Positions 24,601-36,600 of a stretch of 64,000 nucleotides of DNA are shown piece after piece. Positions within the stretch are counted from its first letter, which is position 1, and each line of letters starts with the position of its first letter. A program made the translations under genes and the position numbers. The notes below the pieces were generated by a model, which was given only the letters and a program-made list of their open reading frames with translations, was not told the DNA's origin and ran no database searches. The stretch comes from the human T2T-CHM13v2.0 reference genome, Homo sapiens: assembly GCF_009914755.1 (NCBI RefSeq), contig NC_060947.1; one strand, 5' to 3'.

Positions 24601-27600
24601 AATCCTCAGAGAGCTCCAAATATCCACCTGCAGATTCTACCAAAAGTGTATTTGGAAACTGCTCCATCAAAAGGCATGTTCAGCTCTGTGAGTGAAACTC
24701 CATCATCACAAAGAATATTCTGAGAATGCTTCCGTTTGCCTTTTATATGAAGTTCCTTCCTGTACTACCGTAGGCCTCAAAGCAGTCCAAATCTCCATTT
24801 GCAGATTCTACAAAAAGAGTGATTCCAATCTGCTCTATCAATAGGATTGTTCAACTCCATGAGTTGAATGCCATCCTCACAAAGCAGTTTCTGAGAATGC
24901 TTCTATCTGGTTTTTGTGTGAAGATATTTCCTTTTCCACCACAGGCCTCAAAGCCCTCCAAACGTCCACTTGCAGATTCTCGAAAAAGAGTGTTTCATAG
25001 CTGCTCTTTCAAAAGGAAAGTTCAACTCTGGGAGTTGAATACAAACATCACAAAGTAGTTTCCGAGAATGCTTCTGTTTAGTTTTTATGTGAAGATGATC
25101 CCGTTTCCAGTGAAATCTTCAAAGAGGTCCACATATCCCCTTGCAGATTCCAAAGAAAGAGGGTTTCAAAACTGCTCCATCAGAAGGATTATTCAACTCT
25201 GTGAGTTGAATGCAGTCATCGCAGAAAACTTTCTGAGAATGCTTCTGTCTAGGTTTGATGTGAAGATATAGACGTTTCAAACGAAGGCTACAAAGTGGTC
25301 AAAATATACACTTGCAGATTCTACTACAAGGGTGTTGCAAACCTGAACTATCAAAGGAAGGTTCAACTCTGTGAGTTGAATACAAACATCACAAAGAATG
25401 TTCTGAGTTTGCTTCCGTTCAGTTATGGGAAGTTGATCCCGTTTCCAACGAAATCCTCAGAGAGGTCCAAATATCCCCTTGCAGATTCTACAAAACGTGT
25501 GTTTGGAAACTGCTCCATCATAACGAATGTTCAGCTCCCTGAGTTAAACTCCATCGTCACAAAGAATTTTCTGAGAGTGCTACCGTCTGGTTTTTATATG
25601 AAGTTCTTTCCTTCACTACCACAGGCCTCAAAGCGGTCCAAATCTCCACTTGCAGATTCTACAAAAAGAGTGTTTGCAAACTGCTCTATCAAAAGGAATG
25701 TTCAACTCTGGGAGTTGAATGCAATCATCACAGAGCAGATTCTGAGAATGCTTCTATGTCGTTTTTAGAAGATATTTCCTTTTCCAACACAGTCCTCCAA
25801 GCCCGCTAAATAGCCACTTGCACATTGTAGAAAAAGTGTGTCAAAGCTGCGCTATCAAAGGGAAAGTTCAACTCTGTGAGGTGAATGCAAACATCCCAAA
25901 GAAGTTTCTGAGAATGCTTCCGTTTAGCTTTTAGGTGAAGATTATCCCGTTTCCAACGAAACCTTCAAAGAGGTGCAAATATCCCCTTGCGGATCCCACA
26001 GAAAGAGTGTTTCGAAACTGCTGTTTCAAAAGGAATCTTCAACTCTGTGAGTTGAATGCAATCATCACAAAGAAGTTTCTGACAATGCTTCTCTCTCGTC
26101 TTTCTGTGAAGATAAAGAAAAGGCTTTCAGGCCTTTTCCACCACAGGCCTGAAAGCGCTCCAAATGTCCACTTGCAGATTCTGCGAAAAGAATATTTCAA
26201 AACTGCTCTATGAAAAGCAATGTTAAACTCTGTGGCTCGAACACAAACATCACAAAGCAGTTTCTGAGAATGCTTCAGTTTAGTTTTTCTGTGGAAATAT
26301 TCCCGTTTCCAAAGAAATCTTCAAAGAGGTCCACGTATCCACTTACAGATTCTACAAAAAGACAGTTTCAAAACTGCTCCATCAAAAGGAGGGTTCAACT
26401 GTGTGACTTGAATGCAATCATCACTCAGAAGTTTCTGAGAATGCTTCTCTTTAGTTTTTACGTGAACATATACCCGTTTCGAACGAAGGCCACCCAGTGG
26501 TCCAAATATCCACTTGCAGATTCTACAGAAAGAGTGTTTCGAACCTGAACTCTCAAAGGCAGGTTCATCTCTGCGAGTTAAATGCATTCATCATGAAGAA
26601 CTTTCTCAGAGTGTTTGTGTTTAGTTATGGGAAATTATTCCCGTTTCCAACGAAATCCTCAGAGAGCTCCAAATATCCACCTGCAGATTCTACCAAAAGT
26701 GTATTTGGAAACTGCTCCATCAAAAGGCATGTTCAGCTCTGTGAGTGAAACTCCATCATCACAAAGAATATTCTGAGAATGCTTCCGTTTGCCTTTTATC
26801 TAAAGTTCCTTCCTGTACTACCGTAGGCCTCAAAGCAGTCCAAATCTCCATTTGCAGATTCTATAAAAAGAGTGATTCCAATCTGCTCTATCAATAGGAT
26901 TGTTCAACTCCATGAGTTGAATGCCATCCTCACAAAGTAGTTTCTGAGAATGCTTCTATCTGGTTTTTGTGTGAAGATATTTCCTTTTCCACCACAGGCC
27001 TCAAAGCCCTCCAAACGTCCACTTGCAGATTCTCGAAAAAGAGTGTTTCATAGCTGCTCTTTCAAAAGGAAAGTTCAACTCTGGGAGTTGAATGCAAACA
27101 TCACCAAATAGTTTCCGAGAATGCTTCTGTTTAGTTTTTATGTGAAGATGATCCCGTTTCCAGTGAAATCTTCAAAGAGGTCCACATATCCCCTTGCAGA
27201 TTCCAAAGAAAGAGGGTTTCAAAACTGCTCCATCAGAAGGATTGTTCAACTCTGTGAGTTGAATGCAGTCATCGCAGAAAACTTTCTGAGAATGCTTCTG
27301 TCTAGGTTTGATGTGAAGATATAGACGTTTCAAACGAAGGCTACAAAGTGGTCAAAATATACACTTGCAGATTCTACTACAAGGGTGTTGCAAACCTGAA
27401 CTATCAAAGGAAGGTTCAACTCTGTGAGTTGAATACAAACATCACAAAGAATGTTCTGAGTTTGCTTCCGTTCAGTTATGGGAAGTTGATCCCGTTTCCA
27501 ACGAAATCCTCAGAGAGGTCCAAATATCCCCTCGCAGATTCTACAAAACGTGTGTTTGGAAACTGCTCCATCATAACGAATGTTCAGCTCCCTGAGTTAA

Positions 27601-30600
27601 ACTCCATCGTCACAAAGAATTTTCTGAGAGTGCTACCGTCTGGTTTTTATATGAAGTTCTTTCCTTCACTACCACAGGCCTCAAAGCGGTCCAAATCTCC
27701 ACTTGCAGATTCTACAAAAAGAGTGTTTGCAAACTGCTCTATCAAAAGGAATGTTCAACTCTGGGAGTTGAATGCAATCATCACAGAGCAGTTTCTGAGA
27801 ATGCTTCTATGTCGTTTTTAGGAGAAGATATTTCCTTTTCCAACACAGTCCTCCAAGCCCGCTAAATAGCCACTTGCACATTGTAGAAAAAGTGTGTCAA
27901 AGCTGCGCTATCAAAGGGAAAGTTCAACTCTGTGAGGTGAATGCAAACATCCCAAAGAAGTTTCTGAGAATGCTTCCGTTTAGCTTTTAGGTGAAGATTA
28001 TCCCGTTTCCAACGAAACCTTCAAAGAGGTCCAAATATCCCCTTGCGGATCCCACAGAAAGAGTGTTTCGAAACTGCTGTTTCAAAAGGAATCTTCAACT
28101 CTGTGAGTTGAATGCAATCATCACAAAGAAGTTTCTGACAATGCTTCTCTCTCGTCTTTCTGTGAAGATAAAGGAAAAGGCTTTCAGGCCTTTTCCACCA
28201 CAGGCCTGAAAGCGCTCCAAATGTCCACTTGCAGATTCTGCGAAAAGAATATTTCAAAACTGCTCTATGAAAAGCAATGTTAAACTCTGTGGCTCGAACA
28301 CAAACATCACAAAGCAGTTTCTGAGAATGCTTCAGTTTAGTTTTTCTGTGGAAATATTCCCGTTTCCAAAGAAATCTTCAAAGAGGTCCACGTATCCACT
28401 TACAGATTCTACAAAAAGACAGTTTCAAAACTGCTCCATCAAAAGGAGGGTTCAACCGTGTGACTTGAATGCAATTATCACTCAGAAGTTTCTGAGAATG
28501 CTTCTCTTTAGTTTTTACGTGAACATATACCCGTTTCGAACGAAGGCCACCCAGTGGTCCAAATATCCACTTGCAGATTATACAGAAAGAGTGTTTCGAA
28601 CCTGAACTCTCAAAGGCAGGTTCATCTCTGCGAGTTAAATGCATTCATCATGAAGAACTTTCTCAGAGTGTTTGTGTTTAGTTATGGGAAATTATTCCCG
28701 TTTCCAACGAAATCCTCAGAGAGCTCCAAATATCCACCTGCAGATTCTACCAAAAGTGTATTTGGAAACTGCTCCATCAAAAGGCATGTTCAGCTCTGTG
28801 AGTGAAACTCCATCATCACAAAGAATATTCTGAGAATGCTTCCGTTTGCCTTTTATATGAAGTTCCTTCCTGTACTACCGTAGGCCTCAAAGCAGTCCAA
28901 ATCTCCATTTGCAGATTCTACAAAAAGAGTGATTCCAATCTGCTCTATCAATAGGATTGTTCAACTCCATGAGTTGAATGCCATCCTCACAAAGCAGTTT
29001 CTGAGAATGCTTCTATCTGGTTTTTGTGTGAAGATATTTCCTTTTCCACCACAGGCCTCAAAGCCCTCCAAACGTCCACTTGCAGATTCTCGAAAAAGAG
29101 TGTTTCATAGCTGCTCTTTCAAAAGGAAAGTTCAACTCTGGGAGTTGAATACAAACATCACAAAGTAGTTTCCGAGAATGCTTCTGTTTAGTTTTTATGT
29201 GAAGATGATCCCGTTTCCAGTGAAATCTTCAAAGAGGTCCACATATCCCCTTGCAGATTCCAAAGAAAGAGGGTTTCAAAACTGCTCCATCAGAAGGATT
29301 GTTCAACTCTGTGAGTTGAATGCAGTCATCGCAGAAAACTTTCTGAGAATGCTTCTGTCTAGGTTTGATGTGAAGATATAGACGTTTCAAACGAAGGCTA
29401 CAAAGTGGTCAAAATATACACTTGCAGATTCTACTACAAGGGTGTTGCAAACCTGAACTATCAAAGGAAGGTTCAACTCTGTGAGTTGAATACAAACATC
29501 ACAAAGAATGTTCTGAGTTTGCTTCCGTTCAGTTATGGGAAGTTGATCCCGTTTCCAACGAAATCCTCAGAGAGGTCCAAATATCCCCTCACAGATTCTA
29601 CAAAACGTGTGTTTGGAAACTGCTCCATCATAACGAATGTTCAGCTCCCTGAGTTAAACTCCATCGTCACAAAGAATTTTCTGAGAGTGCTACCGTCTGG
29701 TTTTTATATGAAGTTCTTTCCTTCACTACCACAGGCCTCAAAGCGGTCCAAATCTCCACTTGCAGATTCTACAAAAAGAGTGTTTGCAAACTGCTCTATC
29801 AAAAGGAATGTTCAACTCTGGGAGTTGAATGCAATCATCACAGAGCAGTTTCTGAGAATGCTTCTATGTCGTTTTTAGAAGATATTTCCTTTTCCAACAC
29901 AGTCCTCCAAGCCCGCTAAATAGCCACTTGCACATTGTAGAAAAAGTGTGTCAAAGCTGCGCTATCAAAGGGAAAGTTCAACTCTGTGAGGTGAATGCAA
30001 ACATCCCAAAGAAGTTTCTGAGAATGCTTCCGTTTAGCTTTTAGGTGAAGATTATCCCGTTTCCAACGAAATCTTCAAAGAGGTGCAAATATCCCCTTGC
30101 GGATCCCACAGAAAGAGTGTTTCGAAACTGCTGTTTCAAAAGGAATCTTCAACTCTGTGAGTTGAATGCAATCATCACAAAGAAGTTTCTGACAATGCTT
30201 CTCTCTCGTCTTTCTGTGAAGATAAAGAAAAGGCTTTCAGGCCTTTTCCACCACAGGCCTGAAAGCGCTCCAAATGTCCACTTGCAGATTCTGCGAAAAG
30301 AATATTTCAAAACTGCTCTATGAAAAGCAATGTTAAACTCTGTGGCTCGAACACAAACATCACAAAGCAGTTTCTGAGAATGCTTCAGTTTAGTTTTTCT
30401 GTGGAAATATTCCCGTTTCCAAAGAAATCTTCAAAGAGGTCCACGTATCCACTTACAGATTCTACAAAAAGACAGTTTCAAAACTGCTCCATCAAAAGGA
30501 GGGTTCAACTGTGTGACTTGAATGCAATCATCACTCAGAAGTTTCTGAGAATGCTTCTCTTTAGTTTTTACGTGAACATATACCCGTTTCGAACGAAGGC

Positions 30601-33600
30601 CACCCAGTGGTCCAAATATCCACTTGCAGATTATACAGAAAGAGTGTTTCGAACCTGAACTCTCAAAGGCAGGTTCATCTCTGCGAGTTAAATGCATTCA
30701 TCATGAAGAACTTTCTCAGAGTGTTTGTGTTTAGTTATGGGAAATTATTCCCGTTTCCAACGAAATCCTCAGAGAGCTCCAAATATCCACCTGCAGATTC
30801 TACCAAAAGTGTATTTGGAAACTGCTCCATCAAAAGGCATGTTCAGCTCTGTGAGTGAAACTCCATCATCACAAAGAATATTCTGAGAATGCTTCCGTTT
30901 GCCTTTTATCTGAAGTTCCTTCCTGTACTACCGTAGGCCTCAAAGCAGTCCAAATCTCCATTTGCAGATTCTATAAAAAGAGTGATTCCAATCTGCTCTA
31001 TCAATAGGATTGTTCAACTCCATGAGTTGAATGCCATCCTCACAAAGTAGTTTCTGAGAATGCTTCTATCTGGTTTTTGTGTGAAGATATTTCCTTTTCC
31101 ACCACAGGCCTCAAAGCCCTCCAAACGTCCACTTGCAGATTCTCGAAAAAGAGTGTTTCATAGCTGCTCTTTCAAAAGGAAAGTTCAACTCTGGGAGTTG
31201 AATGCAAACATCACAAAATAGTTTCCGAGAATGCTTCTGTTTAGTTTTTATGTGAAGATGATCCCGTTTCCAGTGAAATCTTCAAAGAGGTCCACATATC
31301 CCCTTGCAGATTCCAAAGAAAGAGGGTTTCAAAACTGCTCCATCAGAAGGATTGTTCAACTCTGTGTGTTGAATGCAGTCATCGCAGAAAACTTTCTGAG
31401 AATGCTTCTGTCTAGGTTTGGTGTGAAGATATAGATGTTTCAAACGAAGGCTACAAAGTGGTCAAAATATACACTTGCAGATTCTACTACAAGGGTGTTG
31501 CAAACCTGAACTATCAAAGGAAGGTTCAACTCTGTGAGTTGAATACAAACATCACAAAGAATGTTCTGAGTTTGCTTCCGTTCAGTTATGGGAAGTTGAT
31601 CCCGTTTCCAACGAAATCCTCAGAGAGGTCCAAATATCCCCTTGCAGATTCTACAAAACGTGTGTTTGGAAACTGCTCCATCATAACGAATGTTCAGCTC
31701 CCTGAGTTAAACTCCATCGTCACAAAGAATTTTCTGAGAGTGCTACCGTCTGGTTTTTATATGAAGTTCTTTCCTTCACTACCACAGGCCTCAAAGCGGT
31801 CCAAATCTCCACTTGCAGATTCTACAAAAAGAGTGTTTGCAAACTGCTCTATCAAAAGGAATGTTCAACTCTGGGAGTTGAATGCAATCATCACAGAGCA
31901 GTTTCTGAGAATGCTTCTATGTCGTTTTTAGGAGAAGATATTTCCTTTTCCAACACAGTCCTCCAAGCCCGCTAAATAGCCACTTGCACATTGTAGAAAA
32001 AGTGTGTCAAAGCTGCGCTATCAAAGGGAAAGTTCAACTCTGTGAGGTGAATGCAAACATCCCAAAGAAGTTTCTGAGAATGCTTCCGTTTAGCTTTTAG
32101 GTGAAGATTATCCCGTTTCCAACCAAACCTTCAAAGAGGTCCAAATATCCCCTTGCGGATCCCACAGAAAGAGTGTTTCGAAACTGCTGTTTCAAAAGGA
32201 ATCTTCAACTCTGTGAGTTGAATGCAATCATCACAAAGAAGTTTCTGACAATGCTTCTCTCTCGTCTTTCTGTGAAGATAAAGGAAAAGGCTTTCAGGCC
32301 TTTGCCACCACAGGCCTGAAAGCGGTCCAAATGTCCACTTGCAGATTCTGCCAAAAGAATATTTCAAAACTGCTCTATGAAAAGCAATGTTAAACTCTGC
32401 GGCTCGAACACAAACATCACAAAGCGGTTTCTGAGAATGCTTCAGTTTAGTTTTTCTGTGGAAATATTCCCGTTTCCAAAGAAATCTTCAAAGAGGTCCA
32501 CGTATCCACTTACAGATTCTACAAAAAGACAGTTTCAAAACTGCTCCATCAAAAGGAGGGTTCAACTGTGTGACTTCAATGCAATCATCACTCAGAAGTT
32601 TCTGAGAATGCTTCTCTTTAGTTTTTACGTGAACATATACCCGTTTCGAACGAAGGCCACCCAGTGGTCCAAATATCCACTTGCAGATTCTACAGAAAGA
32701 GTGTTTCGAACCTGAACTCTCAAAGGCAGGTTCATCTCTGCGAGTTAAATGCATTCATCATGAAGAACTTTCTCAGCGTGTTTGTGTTTAGGTATGGGAA
32801 ATTATTCCCGTTTCCAACGAAATCCTCAAAGAGCTCCAAATATCCACCTGCAGATTCTACCAAAAGTGTATTTGGAAACTGCTCCATCAAAAGGCATGTT
32901 CAGCTCTGTGAGTGAAACTCCATCATCACAAAGAATATTCTGAGAATGCTTCCGTTTGCCTTTTATATGAAGTTCCTTCCTGTACTACCGTAGGCCTCAA
33001 AGCAGTCCAAATCTCCATTTGCAGATTCTACAAAAAGAGTGATTCCAATCTGCTCTATCAATAGGATTGTTCAACTCCATGAGTTGAATGCCATCCTCAC
33101 AAAGTCGTTTCTGAGAATGCTTCTATCTGGTTTTTGTGTGAAGATATTTCCTTTTCCACCACAGGCCTCAAAGCCCTCCAAACGTCCACTTGCAGATTCT
33201 CGAAAAAGAGTGTTTCATAGCTGCTCTTTCAAAAGGAAAGTTCAACTCTGGGAGTTGAATACAAACATCACAAAATAGTTTCCGAGAATGCTTCTGTTTA
33301 GTTTTTATGTGAAGATGATCCCGTTTCCAGTGAAATCTTCAAAGAGGTCCACATATCCCCTTGCAGATTCCAAAGAAAGAGGGTTTAAAAACTGCTCCAT
33401 CAGAAGGATTGTTCAACTCTGTGAGTTGAATGCAGTCATCGCAGAAAACTTTCTGAGAATGCTTCTGTCTAGGTTTGATGTGAAGATATAGACGTTTCAA
33501 ACGAAGGCTACAAAGTGGTCAAAATATACACTTGCAGATTCTACTACAAGGGTGTTGCAAACCTGAACTATCAAAGGAAGGTTCAACTCTGTGAGTTGAA

Positions 33601-36600
33601 TACAAACATCACAAAGAATGTTCTGAGTTTGCTTCCGTTCAGTTATGGGAAGTTGATCCCGTTTCCAACGAAATCCTCAGAGAGGTCCAAATATCCCCTC
33701 GCAGATTCTACAAAACGTGTGTTTGGAAACTGCTCCATCATAACGAATGTTCAGCTCCCTGAGTTAAACTCCATCGTCACAAAGAATTTTCTGAGAGTGC
33801 TACCGTCTGGTTTTTATATGAAGTTCTTTCCTTCACTACGACAGGCCTCAAAGCGGTCCAAATCTCCACTTGCAGATTCTACAAAAAGAGTGTTTGCAAA
33901 CTGCTCTATCAAAAGGAATGTTCAACTCTGGGAGTTGAATGCAATCATCACAGAGCAGTTTCTGAGAATGCTTCTATGTCGTTTTTAGGAGAAGATATTT
34001 CCTTTTCCAACACAGTCCTCCAAGCCCGCTAAATAGCCACTTGCACATTGTAGAAAAAGTGTGTCAAAGCTGCGCTATCAAAGGGAAAGTTCAACTCTGT
34101 GAGGTGAATGCAAACATCCCAAAGAAGTTTCTGAGAATGCTTCCGTTTAGCTTTTAGGTGAAGATTATCCCGTTTCCAACGAAACCTTCAAAGAGGTCCA
34201 AATATCCCCTTGCGGATCCCACAGAAAGAGTGTTTCGAAACTGCTGTTTCAAAAGGAATCTTCAACTCTGTGAGTTGAATGCAATCATCACAAAGAAGTT
34301 TCTGACAATGCTTCTCTCTCGTCTTTCTGTGAAGATAAAGGAAAAGGCTTTCAGGCCTTTTCCACCACAGGCCTGAAAGCGCTCCAAATGTCCACTTGCA
34401 GATTCTGCGAAAAGAATATTTCAAAACTGCTCTATGAAAAGCAATGTTAAACTCTGTGGCTGGAACACAAACATCACAAAGCGGTTTCTGAGAATGTTTC
34501 AGTTTAGTTTTTCTGTGGAAATATTCCCGTTTCCAAAGAAATCTTCAAAGAGGTCCACGTATCCACTTACAGATTCTACAAAAAGACAGTTTCAAAACTG
34601 CTCCATCAAAAGGAGGGTTCAACTGTGTGACTTGAATGCAATCATCACTCAGAAGTTTCTGAGAATGCTTCTCTTTAGTTTTTACGTGAACATATACCCG
34701 TTTCGAACGAAGGCCACCCAGTGGTCCAAATATCCACTTGCAGATTATACAGAAAGAGTGTTTCGAACCTGAACTCTCAAAGGCAGGTTCATCTCTGCGA
34801 GTTAAATGCATTCATCATGAAGAACTTTCTCAGAGTGTTTGTGCTTAGTTATGGGAAATTATTCCCGTTTCCAACGAAATCCTCAGAGTGGTCCAAATAT
34901 CCACCTGCAGATTCTACCAAAAGTGTATTTGGAAACTGCTCCATCAAAAGGCATGTTCAGCTCTGTGAGTGAAACTCCATCATCACAAAGAATATTCTGA
35001 GAATGCTTCCGTTTGCCTTTTATCTGAAGTTCCTTCCTATACGACCGTAGGCCTCAAAGCAGTCCAAATCTCCATTTGCAGATTCTACAAAAAGAGTGAT
35101 TCCAATCTGCTCTATCAATAGGATTGTTCAACTCCATGAGTTGAATGCCATCCTCACAAAGTCGTTTCTGAGAATGCTTCTATCTAGTTTTTATGTGAAG
35201 ATATTTCCTTTTCCACCACAGGCCTCAAAGCCCTCCAAACGTCCACTTGCAGATTCTCGAAAAAGAGTGTTTTATAGCTGCTCTTTCAAAAGGAAAGTTC
35301 AACTCTGGGAGTTGAATACAAACATCACAAAGTAGTTTCCGAGAATGCTTCTGTTTAGTTTTTATGTGAAGATGATCCCGTTTCCAGTGAAATCTTCAAA
35401 GAGGTCCACATATCCCCTTGCAGATTCCAAAGAAAGAGGGTTTCAAAACTGCTCCATCAGAAGGATTGTTCAACTCTGTGAGTTGAATGCAGTCATCGCA
35501 GAAAACTTTCTGAGAATGCTTCTGTCTAGGTTTGATGTGAAGATATAGATGTTTCAAACGAAGGCTACAAAGTGGTCAAAATATACACTTGCAGATTCTA
35601 CTACAAGGGTGTTGCAAACCTGAACTATCAAAGGAAGGTTCAACTCTGTGAGTTGAATACAAACATCACAAAGAATGTTCTGAGTTTGCTTCCGTTCAGT
35701 TATGGGAAGTTGATCCCGTTTCCAACGAAATCCTCAGAGAGGTCCAAATATCCCCTTGCAGATTCTACAAAACGTGTGTTTGGAAACTGCTCCATCATAA
35801 CGAATGTTCAGCTCCCTGAGTTAAACTCCATCGTCACAAAGAATTTTCTGAGAGTGCTACCGTCTGGTTTTTATATGAAGTTCTTTCCTTCACTACCACA
35901 GGCCTCAAAGCGGTCCAAATCTCCACTTGCAGATTCTACAAAAAGAGTGTTTGCAAACTGCTCTATCAAAAGGAATGTTCAACTCTGGGAGTTGAATGCA
36001 ATCATCACAGAGCAGTTTCTGAGAATGCTTCTATGTCGTTTTTAGGAGAAGATATTTCCTTTTCCAACACAGTCCTCCAAGCCCGCTAAATAGCCACTTG
36101 CACATTGTAGAAAAAGTGTGTCAAAGCTGCGCTATCAAAGGGAAAGTTCAACTCTGTGAGGTGAATGCAAACATCCCAAAGAAGTTTCTGAGAATGCTTC
36201 CGTTTAGCTTTTAGGTGAAGATTATCCCGTTTCCAACGAAACCTTCAAAGAGGTCCAAATATCCCCTTGCGGATCCCACAGAAAGAGTGTTTCGAAACTG
36301 CTGTTTCAAAAGGAATCTTCAACTCTGTGAGTTGAATGCAATCATCACAAAGAAGTTTCTGACAATGCTTCTCTCTCGTCTTTCTGTGAAGATAAAGGAA
36401 AAGGCTTTCAGGCCTTTTCCACCACAGGCCTGAAAGCGCTCCAAATGTCCACTTGCAGATTCTGCGAAAAGAATATTTCAAAACTGCTCTATGAAAAGCA
36501 ATGTTAAACTCTGTGGCTCGAACACAAACATCACAAAGCAGTTTCTGAGAATGCTTCAGTTTAGTTTTTCTGTGGAAATATTCCCGTTTCCAAAGAAATC

